A stretch of 64,000 nucleotides of DNA from an uncultured Alphaproteobacteria bacterium. GTDB taxonomy: Bacteria > Pseudomonadota > Alphaproteobacteria > HIMB59 > GCA-002718135. The position numbers were made by a program, and so were the translations under genes. Shown piece by piece: positions 50,121 to 59,166 of this stretch. The notes beneath the pieces are model-generated. The model ran no database searches. It saw nothing but the letters and a program-made list of their open reading frames with translations, and was not told the origin of the DNA. The stretch covers positions 4,416 to 68,415 of the forward strand of contig CABXIT010000003.1 of the NCBI GenBank assembly GCA_902512325.1. The letters run 5' to 3'. How positions within the stretch are numbered: the first letter of the stretch is position 1; each line of letters opens with the position of its first letter.

Positions 50121-53074
50121 CATCTGTAAGAAAAGAAAAGTATGGTAAAATAAATAGAGGTAAGGTTCTTGGATTTACTTGGGATAATAAAGAGTATTTT
50201 GGATATGAAGGAGACTCTCTAGCTTCTGCACTTTTAGCAAATAACATTAATATAGTTGGTAGAAGTTTTAAATATCATCGTCCACGTGGAGTTATGTCTT
50301 GTGGAGTTGAAGAATCAGGTGCCCTTGTAACTATTGGATCTGGTAGTAAGATAGATCCCAACGTTCGTGCGACTACTCAGGAACTCTATTCTGGATTAAA
50401 CGCAAAAGGACAAAATGCTTTTCCGAGTGTAAATTTTGATTTCGGAGGTGTTAATAATTATCTAGGCCGTTTTTTTGCAGCAGGCTTTTATTACAAAACA
50501 TTTATGGGTTTACCTCCATTTGAGTGGGGTAAAGGCACTGGAATCTGGATGGTTTTTGAAAAAATTATTCGAAAAGCAGCTGGTATGGGTAAAGCTTCAA
50601 GAGAACCTGATCCAGATAGCTATGAACATGCTAATGATTTCTGCGATGTACTAGTTGTAGGTTCTGGCCCCGCTGGGATTGCAGCTGCTCAAGAAGTAGC
50701 AAATAAGAATCTGGATGTTATTTTAATTGAACAGGACTCTTTATTGGGAGGAAATAGTTTATCTAAAAAAGAATTTGATGCTACTCTTTTACATAATGAA
50801 CTAAAAAGTAGTGGTGTAAGAGTCATGTCTCGAACAACAGCCTTTGGTGTTTATGATAATACTGTAGTTGGAGCTTTAGAAAGAGTCACTGATCATCTAC
50901 CTAATCCAGATGTGAAGTTGCCACGTCAACGTTTTTGGACAATTAGAGCAAAGCATATAATTTTGGCAAGCGGAGCTTTAGAACGACATGTAGCTTTTAA
51001 TAATAATGATGTTCCTGGTGCAATGACAGTAAATGCTTCCAGACAATATTTAAATAGATACGGTGTATTGACTGGAAACAATATTGTTATTTCAACAAAT
51101 AATGACTCTGTGTATCAAACAGCTGTAGAACTTCATGAAGCTGGGTCAAAAGTTACAATTTTAGACTCAAGAGAAAATATAAATCATGATTTACCTAAAG
51201 AAATAAATCTTCATTTAAATACTTTACCTTTTAACATTAATGGTAGAAAAAAAATTGATGGTATAGATGTTTGTAAAACAAAAGATCTATCAAAGAAGAA
51301 TACAATTATCTGTGACCAAGTTTTAATATCAGGAGGATGGTCTCCAATAGTAAATCTTATCTCTCACCGAGGAATTAAACCAGTTTGGAATCAAGAAAAT
51401 CTCTGTTTTACACCAGGAGATATTAAAGAAAATATTTCAGTAGTAGGTTCGGCAAAAGGTATTTGGAATGAAAGGGATTGCGTAGAGTCTGGTCTTATTG
51501 GAGCTAATGAAGCAATGAATACTTTAGGTATTCACAAAAAAGAAATTTCTTTTCCTAGCGCTGGAGGTTGGTCAAATCCAATAGAACCTCTCTTTGAAGT
51601 TAAATCAAATAAATTCCCATCCAAAAGTTTTGTAGACTTTCAACATGATGTAACTGCTGAGGATGTGAGATTAGCACACAGAGAAGGTTTTATTTCTGTC
51701 GAACATCTTAAAAGGTACACAACTTTAGGAATGGCAAATGATCAGGGTAAAATGGGCAATATAATTGGTTTATCTTTAATGGCTGAGCAGTTAGATAAAA
51801 CTATACCAGAAGTTGGAACAACAGTTTTTAGACCACCTTACACTCCAGTGCCAATTGGTGCGTTAACAGGTAGAAATGTTGGAAAACATTTCAGACCCTT
51901 AAGAGTCACCCCAATGCATCAATGGAATATTGATCATGGAGCAAAAATGATTGAAGTTGGTTTATACCAAAGACCTTGGTACTATCCTAAAAAAAATGAA
52001 ACATTAAGTGACTCATATATTAGAGAAACAACAATTGTTAGAAAAACTGTCGGCATTTGTGATGTAACATCGCTGGGTAAAATTGCTATTCAAGGCCCTG
52101 ATGCAACTGAATTTGTAAATCGTATATACACAAACCTTTTTGCTAAACTTCCTATAGGAAAGGCTCGCTATGGAATTATGTTACGAGATGATGGTATTGT
52201 AATGGATGATGGTACCTCATGGAGACTTGGAGAGAATGAATATTTTATGACGACTTCAACTGCTGCAGCAGCAAAAGTAATGTCATGGTTAGAGGAACTA
52301 CTTCAAACAAGATGGACAGATTTAAAAGTTAATGTAACAAGTGTTTCAGAACAATGGGCAGGTGCAGCAATTGCCGGTCCTAAATCAAGAGATGTATTGA
52401 ATGAATGTGTTTTAGATCCTAGTGAAATTACGAAAGAAAATTTACCTTTCATGGGAATTTTACAAACTAAACTTAAGGATGACACCCCTTGCAGAATTGT
52501 AAGAATAAGTTTTTCAGGTGAGCTTGCTTATGAAATGTATATTGAATCAGATTATGCTCACGGAATGATGGATATATTATGGCAAAGCGCCCAAAAATAT
52601 GATGGCTGCTTATATGGTCTAGAAGCACTTGGGGCATTAAGAGTTGAAAAAGGCCATGTAACTGCAGCTGAGCTTGATGGAAGAGTAACGATTGATGATG
52701 CAGGATTAGGAAAAATGGCATCAACAAAAAAATCTTATATAGGAAGTGCTATGCGTAAAAGGGGAGTTCTGATTGCAGATGATAGAGAAATGCTAGTTGG
52801 GTTTTTTCCTATTAATGAAAAAGAAACTTTTAATGCTGGAACAATTGTTTGTGAAAAAAATAATATTCAAGGTTCAGGCATAGGTCGTATCACATCAGTT
52901 ACCCATTCTCCAGAATTAGGACATTGGATTGGTATTGGGTTTGTCAAAGGAGGTCTTGAAAAATGGAAAGAAATAACTTTGGTAGGCGCTGATCCTGTAA
53001 GAAATAAACAAATGGAAATAAAAGTTGTATCACCCCATATGATAGATCCAGAAGGTAAAAGAATGTATGCTTGA
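50117..53074 (+). CDS. soxA: Sarcosine oxidase alpha subunit
   Basis: 985 aa. N-terminal 2Fe-2S-like/NAD domain (VVGSGPAGIAAA) and a C-terminal GcvT-like folate-binding domain. Confidence 0.92.
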   Translation: MTSVRKEKYGKINRGKVLGFTWDNKEYFGYEGDSLASALLANNINIVGRSFKYHRPRGVMSCGVEESGALVTIGSGSKIDPNVRATTQELYSGLNAKGQNAFPSVNFDFGGVNNYLGRFFAAGFYYKTFMGLPPFEWGKGTGIWMVFEKIIRKAAGMGKASREPDPDSYEHANDFCDVLVVGSGPAGIAAAQEVANKNLDVILIEQDSLLGGNSLSKKEFDATLLHNELKSSGVRVMSRTTAFGVYDNTVVGALERVTDHLPNPDVKLPRQRFWTIRAKHIILASGALERHVAFNNNDVPGAMTVNASRQYLNRYGVLTGNNIVISTNNDSVYQTAVELHEAGSKVTILDSRENINHDLPKEINLHLNTLPFNINGRKKIDGIDVCKTKDLSKKNTIICDQVLISGGWSPIVNLISHRGIKPVWNQENLCFTPGDIKENISVVGSAKGIWNERDCVESGLIGANEAMNTLGIHKKEISFPSAGGWSNPIEPLFEVKSNKFPSKSFVDFQHDVTAEDVRLAHREGFISVEHLKRYTTLGMANDQGKMGNIIGLSLMAEQLDKTIPEVGTTVFRPPYTPVPIGALTGRNVGKHFRPLRVTPMHQWNIDHGAKMIEVGLYQRPWYYPKKNETLSDSYIRETTIVRKTVGICDVTSLGKIAIQGPDATEFVNRIYTNLFAKLPIGKARYGIMLRDDGIVMDDGTSWRLGENEYFMTTSTAAAAKVMSWLEELLQTRWTDLKVNVTSVSEQWAGAAIAGPKSRDVLNECVLDPSEITKENLPFMGILQTKLKDDTPCRIVRISFSGELAYEMYIESDYAHGMMDILWQSAQKYDGCLYGLEALGALRVEKGHVTAAELDGRVTIDDAGLGKMASTKKSYIGSAMRKRGVLIADDREMLVGFFPINEKETFNAGTIVCEKNNIQGSGIGRITSVTHSPELGHWIGIGFVKGGLEKWKEITLVGADPVRNKQMEIKVVSPHMIDPEGKRMYA

Positions 53075-53633
53075 TAGAAATTCAGCGATAAAAGAAAAAT
53101 ATAAAGTTGGTAAGTGTCCTTTTGAAGACAAAGTTGAAATAATATTTTCTGAAAATCACAATCTTGTAATTCAACAAATTGCCTCTTGGCCTGATGAAAT
53201 ATCAAATCTAGAAAAATTATTTTTTAATGAGTTAGGTTTTAAACAAAATACAGATTTTAATAGAGGGGAAATTTTAAAAAATAATTCATTGTGGAGAATG
53301 GAGCCTCTTAAGTGGTGGTTATTAGGTAATATTATTGATGTACCAGAGAATTTAGGAACATCACTTGAACTATCTCACGCCTTTACATCAATAATGATTG
53401 ATGGTGAAAAAAGTGAAATTTTACTAAACAAACACTTACCACTTGATCTACGTTTAGATTATTTTCCAATAAATTCATCAGCTAGTTCAGCCATTCATCA
53501 TGTTAGTATTAAACTTTTTAGACTTAATGAGAAAAAATTTAATCTTCTTATACCTAGAGGCTTTGCTTTGTCTATTTGGGAAATTTTAATTGAGTCAGCA
53601 TTTCAATTTGGATACGAAATAAAAGATAATTAA
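53067..53633 (+). CDS. soxG: Sarcosine oxidase gamma subunit
   Basis: 188 aa. The call rests on position and size in the soxBDAG operon. 8-nt overlap with soxA. Confidence 0.8.
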   Translation: MLDRNSAIKEKYKVGKCPFEDKVEIIFSENHNLVIQQIASWPDEISNLEKLFFNELGFKQNTDFNRGEILKNNSLWRMEPLKWWLLGNIIDVPENLGTSLELSHAFTSIMIDGEKSEILLNKHLPLDLRLDYFPINSSASSAIHHVSIKLFRLNEKKFNLLIPRGFALSIWEILIESAFQFGYEIKDN

Positions 53634-53675
53634 ACTTAATAGACATTATTCTTTTTCCATATTAAACCATTAGAA

Positions 53676-54851
53676 ATGATTTTTACTAAAACAGAATACT
53701 TATCAAGATTATCAAAAGTTAAAAATGTAATGGATCAAAAAAATATGGATGTAATCATCCTAACCGATCCATCGAATATGAATTATTTAACAGGTTATGA
53801 TGGTTGGTCTTTTTATGTTCCTCAAGGGGTGATCGTTTCACTTGATAAAGACGAACCCATTTGGTTTGGTAGAAAACAAGACTCAAAAGGCGCGATGATA
53901 ACAACTTATCTTAATAATGATAATATACTTGGTTACCCTGAACATCTAATTCAGGCTCCTCCAAAACATCCATATGATTTTGTTACTGATTTTATTAATG
54001 AAAATAATTGGAGTAATAAAAATATTGGTGTCGAAATGGATAGTTATTATTACACTGCTGAAATTCATAATCGTCTGTTAACACAATGTTCTAATGCAAA
54101 ATTTAAAAATGCTCATTTGTTAGTAAATTGGATACGGTATGTAAAATCTGATGCAGAAATTGCATATATGAAAGAAGGAGCAAAGTTAGTTGAAGCTGGC
54201 ATGCAAACAGCCTTTGATGAAATAAAACCAGGTGTTAGACAAAGTACTGTCGCAGGTAAAATTCAAAATACGCTGTTAGGAGGTAATAAAGAGATTAATA
54301 TAGGGGGTGAATATGGCGGGTTAAATATGATTTTAGCAAGTGGCAAGTCTGCTTCTGCATCTCATTTGACACCCACAGATAAAAAGTTCAATAATAATGA
54401 AGGAACTATTATTGAGTTGGGAGGAGTAAAACATAGATATCACTGTGCTTTATCAAGAACAGTCTACATTGGTGAGCCAGATAAAAAACTTGCAGATACT
54501 TTGAAGGTTACAAATGAAGGAATTGAAAGAGCTATAGAAGCAACTAAACCAGGTAATACATGTCATGATGTTGCCATTGCCTTTTGGAGTGTTTTAGAAA
54601 AGCACGGTGTAGAAAAAGAATCAAGGGCTGGTTATTCAATAGGTCTTGGCTATCCTCCTGATTGGGGAGAACATACGTTAAGTATTAGAAAAAACGAAAT
54701 GACAGTTTTAGAACCTAATGTTACCTATCATCTTATGTGCGGAATGTGGATGGATACATGGGGGTTAGAGCTTAGTGAGAGCATCAGAGTTACAAATGAT
54801 GGGTGTGAATTATTTTGTAATTTTTCAAGAGATTTGCACATAGTAAAATAA
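53676..54851 (+). CDS. M24-family hydrolase, paralogue 2; creatinase / ectoine hydrolase (DoeA/EutD)-like
   Basis: 391 aa. N-terminal creatinase domain (DPSNMNYLTGYDGWSFYVPQ) and a pita-bread C-domain whose Asp-Asp metal positions read GTIIELGG. Size matches EutD/DoeA. Confidence 0.6.
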   Translation: MIFTKTEYLSRLSKVKNVMDQKNMDVIILTDPSNMNYLTGYDGWSFYVPQGVIVSLDKDEPIWFGRKQDSKGAMITTYLNNDNILGYPEHLIQAPPKHPYDFVTDFINENNWSNKNIGVEMDSYYYTAEIHNRLLTQCSNAKFKNAHLLVNWIRYVKSDAEIAYMKEGAKLVEAGMQTAFDEIKPGVRQSTVAGKIQNTLLGGNKEINIGGEYGGLNMILASGKSASASHLTPTDKKFNNNEGTIIELGGVKHRYHCALSRTVYIGEPDKKLADTLKVTNEGIERAIEATKPGNTCHDVAIAFWSVLEKHGVEKESRAGYSIGLGYPPDWGEHTLSIRKNEMTVLEPNVTYHLMCGMWMDTWGLELSESIRVTNDGCELFCNFSRDLHIVK

Positions 54852-54852
54852 A

Positions 54853-55533
54853 TTAATCATTAGCATCTCCACCACCAGCACCTTTAGATCTAGATTCCTC
54901 AGACTCAGGTACATAAGATTTAAAAGCAAGTGCTGCAACTTTATCCCAACTGATTTGATTTGGACTTAATCCTACAGATAAATATTTTTTAGAGTCTATT
55001 AAATTAATGTCTATATCTAATTTTTGATTTCTATTAGGAGTATTAGATAAAATAATTTTAATAGAATTATTTATTTTTTTTTCAAATAATTTTTTATTGA
55101 TTGAAATTTTTTCTTTATTCACCACACAAAGTATTTCATTATCATTTAATATTTTTCCATAAATATCTTTTTTTATATATCTACTAAGTAGTGGGATTAG
55201 AAATATTGGATCATAACAGTTTATTAAACTGAACTCACTTACATTGCTTGTATTGAATATTGATACAATATAATCAATTACTCCTGGACCAGTAATTAAA
55301 TTAGATTTATTATTTAAGTCAATAACTCTTTCATTTTTAAATAGATTAATTTTATAGTTATATTGCTCATCATTTGTTTCAATAAATGAACAAAATAAAT
55401 CTATACCTTTGAGATTATATAATTCAAACCAGGTTATTATATAAGCAGCATCTTCATCAGCACCGTATGGAAATCCTAAGCATGAAAATGCTCTTTGAGC
55501 ATTTGTATATACTTCATAGTATGAGTAACTCAC
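54853..55533 (-). CDS. Hypothetical protein (226 aa), no recognisable family
   Basis: Long open frame in AT-rich DNA, 3 nt downstream of the preceding ORF. Soluble, with an acidic Gly-rich C-terminus (SKGAGGGDAND). Confidence 0.7.
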   Translation of the reverse strand: MSYSYYEVYTNAQRAFSCLGFPYGADEDAAYIITWFELYNLKGIDLFCSFIETNDEQYNYKINLFKNERVIDLNNKSNLITGPGVIDYIVSIFNTSNVSEFSLINCYDPIFLIPLLSRYIKKDIYGKILNDNEILCVVNKEKISINKKLFEKKINNSIKIILSNTPNRNQKLDIDINLIDSKKYLSVGLSPNQISWDKVAALAFKSYVPESEESRSKGAGGGDAND

Positions 55534-55536
55534 AAA

Positions 55537-57195
55537 TTAATTATAGGAATTCATTGTAGCAAAACCCCAGCTATCAACGTTATGTTTATTTAAATTTGAT
55601 AGAAAAGGAGCTCCTGAAAAAAAACTCACACGTAACCATCTATCTGATTTTGGATCATATCTGTTAGCTCCAAAAAAAGATAATTTAAACCTCAACATGT
55701 TTATTGGTATTGTGTCTTTACCAAGGATATTATCTTGAACTTCTGCAAACGGGTATTTTGTAAGAGATTGAATTCTTCTTATAATTCCTCTAAATTCTGG
55801 ATTTAATAACAAATATTCAGCAACAGATAAATCAAGATTTTCTGTTCGTATTTTTGAATATAAACTTTGAACCATTTTTGCAACACCCAGATTTTGTTCT
55901 AATTCACTTCCATCTTCATTATATCTTTCCCCTAATCTAGGTTCAAGTTTTGCGGCTGAAATATACCAAAACAAAAAATTATTATCTTTTTTTACAAAAT
56001 CAACTTTTAACGCCCAACTATATTTATTTTCAATCACACTGTTTAATTCTTTTAATGTTTGTGTCTCATTAATTTCCATTACCTCATTATCTGACATGTC
56101 TTCAGCAAAATTTTCAGAATCTTCTGGATATAATTCTAGAAGTTGAACTTTCGCAATTTCCTGAGTATCATAATTAAAATTTTTGGTTGCATAATTTATT
56201 AAATCTATCCAATGAATGTAATTATAGTTTTTAATATGATCGATAAATTTTTTTAAATCCTCAAGAGTTTTTGCATTTTTTTTAATTTGATATTCATCAA
56301 ATGTTGTAACTTCTTTTAAATAGAGAAGAGCTTTTTCAAGTAACTTTGAATAATTAGAAAGCTTTATTGGATCTATATTTTTATTGATTACTTGAGTTAA
56401 AGATTTAGTGTATTGATCCATCCATTTATTAATTAACTTTGGATGTTTAATGATAAAAGGTGCCATCCCTAAACCAGTTGAATTACCAATACCGAGGTGT
56501 TGTTTAATTGTATTTTCAAGTTTTACAGCTTTATTAGGATTTTTTTTTCTTGCTACATGCTCAACTAAGTGAACACTAAATTCCCTGATAATATACACTG
56601 CAAGCATTTCTGCTCTAAAAGGTTGATTAAAGTCTGTCACCTCTTTTGTATTATTAAAGTCTGACAATCCAAATTTTCCGCTACCATATACAGCTGTTGT
56701 ACGTAAAAGATAACCCACTTTATTAATTTCATTTATGTCAGGTTGTTTACCTTTAGATAAGCAGTTTACGACATGCTCGAATAAACGAACACTTTTATTT
56801 GCTCTGCTTAAAACTAATTCTTTTGAGGAATTACGTCCTGATTCTTGTAGTGGCACATTCTTTCTTAATCTACCTAGTTCATCATCATTCAATTTTCCAC
56901 TGATCAATGAATAGGCAGTATCCCATTTTTCTGCGATTACTCTATCACTTCTATCTGCACTATCTAGATGTTGTGAGAAACAAACTAAAGAGTAAATATT
57001 ATTATTTATAAAGATTTCATAAACTACTGTTCCAAAGCCTTCGTCATTTAAGTCAAACTTTGATTTTGAGATTTTCCAATTATCAAACAATAATCTTCTA
57101 AGCATGCTTCTAGAAAAACTTAATCTGGAAGGATATCTAGACCCCATCTTATCTAGAGTCATAACATCTAAGGAATTTATGTTTTGTTGTAACAT
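55537..57195 (-). CDS. Hypothetical protein (about 552 aa; 564 aa if the GTG at 57231 is used), no recognisable family
   Basis: 1.7-kb open frame. The ATG at 57195 (MLQQNINS) is preferred over the GTG at 57231, which would leave only 21 nt for two divergent promoters. Soluble, with no known motif recognised. Confidence 0.7.
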   Translation of the reverse strand: MLQQNINSLDVMTLDKMGSRYPSRLSFSRSMLRRLLFDNWKISKSKFDLNDEGFGTVVYEIFINNNIYSLVCFSQHLDSADRSDRVIAEKWDTAYSLISGKLNDDELGRLRKNVPLQESGRNSSKELVLSRANKSVRLFEHVVNCLSKGKQPDINEINKVGYLLRTTAVYGSGKFGLSDFNNTKEVTDFNQPFRAEMLAVYIIREFSVHLVEHVARKKNPNKAVKLENTIKQHLGIGNSTGLGMAPFIIKHPKLINKWMDQYTKSLTQVINKNIDPIKLSNYSKLLEKALLYLKEVTTFDEYQIKKNAKTLEDLKKFIDHIKNYNYIHWIDLINYATKNFNYDTQEIAKVQLLELYPEDSENFAEDMSDNEVMEINETQTLKELNSVIENKYSWALKVDFVKKDNNFLFWYISAAKLEPRLGERYNEDGSELEQNLGVAKMVQSLYSKIRTENLDLSVAEYLLLNPEFRGIIRRIQSLTKYPFAEVQDNILGKDTIPINMLRFKLSFFGANRYDPKSDRWLRVSFFSGAPFLSNLNKHNVDSWGFATMNSYN

Positions 57196-57252
57196 ATAGA
57201 AATATATATAGTGGATTATGATCTTTTTCACTATTAGAAGTTAATTAAAAAT

Positions 57253-58230
57253 ATGGATATTGATAATATACTCATAGATGGTCTTGAATATGTAAACTGG
57301 AATAGAGACTTGTTTGAAAAGGCTCACGCTGGAGGCTTAACAGCCATTCATGCAACTCTAGTATATTGGGAGGATACCAAAGAGTCTTTTGAAAAAATAG
57401 ATTATTGGGATAATCTTATACAATCAAATAGCGATATCTTAACTCATGTTAAAAAATCTGCAGATATTCTTGAAGCTAAAAAATCAAAAAAACTTGGCAT
57501 AATTTATGGTTTTCAAAACTCAGCACCAATAGCAAATGATATATTTTTTGTAGAAAAATTTTATTCACGAGGTCTTCGTTTTATGCAACTGACATACAAC
57601 AATCAGACTCCTTTAGCTGGTGGATGCTTTGAAAAAAATGACTCTGGTGTATCACGTTTTGGTAAAATGGTAATTGAAGAAATGAATCATCTTGGAATGA
57701 TTGTGGATTTAAGTCATGCAGGAAAAAAAACATGTTTAGACGCAATAAACTTTTCAAAAAAACCTGTAGCAATATCTCATGCCAATCCAACTTTTTTTTA
57801 TAAATCAATTCGAAACATAGATGATGAAGTTTTGAAAAAATTAGCAAATAAAGACGGATTTATAGGTTTAAGCATGTACCCTTATCATTTAAAAAATCAT
57901 GATGATTGTAAATTAGAAGAATTTTGTGAAATGATTAAACAGCTAGTAAATATGATCGGAGAAGATAATATTGGTATAGGATCTGACCTATGTGTCAATT
58001 GGCCAGATAGCGTAGTAATGTGGATGCGAAATGGAAAGTGGACAAAAAAAATTGATTATGGAGAGTCTAAAGATAAAAACATTCGTTGGCCTAAACCAGT
58101 ATCATGGTATTCAAAACCCGAAGACTTATCAAGTTTTCTATCAGAAATGATTTCAAATGGTATTAACGAAAAAATAGCATACAAAATAGCTGGTCAAAAC
58201 TGGCTTAACTTTATGACAAATCATTTTTAA
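57253..58230 (+). CDS. Peptidase M19 (renal dipeptidase)-family homologue with substituted metal ligands
   Basis: 325 aa. M19-like TIM-barrel sequence (RFMQLTYNNQTP, MIVDLSHAG, VAISHANP, IGIGSDL). However, DGHND is replaced by DGLEY and the VEGG Glu by FQN. Confidence 0.7.
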   Translation: MDIDNILIDGLEYVNWNRDLFEKAHAGGLTAIHATLVYWEDTKESFEKIDYWDNLIQSNSDILTHVKKSADILEAKKSKKLGIIYGFQNSAPIANDIFFVEKFYSRGLRFMQLTYNNQTPLAGGCFEKNDSGVSRFGKMVIEEMNHLGMIVDLSHAGKKTCLDAINFSKKPVAISHANPTFFYKSIRNIDDEVLKKLANKDGFIGLSMYPYHLKNHDDCKLEEFCEMIKQLVNMIGEDNIGIGSDLCVNWPDSVVMWMRNGKWTKKIDYGESKDKNIRWPKPVSWYSKPEDLSSFLSEMISNGINEKIAYKIAGQNWLNFMTNHF

Positions 58231-59090
58231 TTTTTTCTTGTTACCAAAGTTGAAGCTGCAAGACTTATCAAAACAATAGCAGTTCCTAATAATTGGACAG
58301 AAGTCAATTTTTCATTAAGAATCAAAACTGCTCCAAATATTCCAGTGATTGGTTCTAAATACAAGAATAATGCAGTATTAGTTTGTCCTATCCTAGGTAT
58401 TGCTAACAACTGAAGGAACAGCGCAATGGCATAAGAGCAAGATGGAATTAATAAAATTAAAAAAGCATTAAGAGTTACATCAGTATCTATTTTGTAGAAT
58501 AAACTTAATATTATAAAAAAGAAAATTGTATTAAAAAAATTAATAAAAATATTGATTTGTATAGGTGAAATATTTTTTTTCGACATAGTTTGATTTGTAA
58601 CAATCATTATTGACGCTCCTAATGATGCAATCAAAGCAAAAACTATACCTTCAATTTTTAAATCCTCAGTTGACGGGCTTAATGCTAAAAATAAACCAAT
58701 AAAAGTAGTGAAAAATAAAAACTTAATAATATTTTTTATTTTTTCTTTTGTTATAAAAATAGAAATTGTCAAAACTATAATTGGGTAGGTACAAAATATA
58801 ATTATCGTTAAGCTTACGTTAATATAAGTAACAGATGTTAGTAAACCTGTTGTAAGCATTATAGAAGCAATGGTGATTAAAAAAAAATAACTAAAATTTT
58901 TTTTATATGTAGATATTAAATTTTGCTGTCTTGGAATAAGTGGTGATACAATTAATAAAGCTACAATATATCGTAAGAAAATTGCAAGACCTACGCCAGC
59001 GCCAAGATTATAGGCAGTTTTAGTTACTGGACCAATAATTCCAAAAAATACTCCTGCTGCTAAAGCAAATATTATGCCTAAAATATTCAT
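58227..59090 (-). CDS. EamA/DMT-superfamily permease
   Basis: 287 aa with 10 predicted TM helices in two EamA-like repeats. Confidence 0.8.
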   Translation of the reverse strand: MNILGIIFALAAGVFFGIIGPVTKTAYNLGAGVGLAIFLRYIVALLIVSPLIPRQQNLISTYKKNFSYFFLITIASIMLTTGLLTSVTYINVSLTIIIFCTYPIIVLTISIFITKEKIKNIIKFLFFTTFIGLFLALSPSTEDLKIEGIVFALIASLGASIMIVTNQTMSKKNISPIQINIFINFFNTIFFFIILSLFYKIDTDVTLNAFLILLIPSCSYAIALFLQLLAIPRIGQTNTALFLYLEPITGIFGAVLILNEKLTSVQLLGTAIVLISLAASTLVTRKN

Positions 59091-59107
59091 ATTATATAAA
59101 TTTTTTT

Positions 59108-59136
59108 TTGACTAATGCTCTTATGACAGGTATTCA
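59108..59136 (+). promoter_or_regulatory. Candidate promoter of the ABC importer operon
   Basis: TTGACT (59108-59113), 17 nt, then TATTCA (59131-59136), 30 nt upstream of the ATPase ATG. Confidence 0.45.
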
Positions 59137-59166
59137 CTCTACAACAACTAAAAAGTAATCAAATAA

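Noticed and set aside
52867-53205. 112-aa minus-strand ORF across the soxA/soxG junction
   Set aside because: It is antisense to two genes of a tightly coupled operon. There is no support beyond being an open frame.
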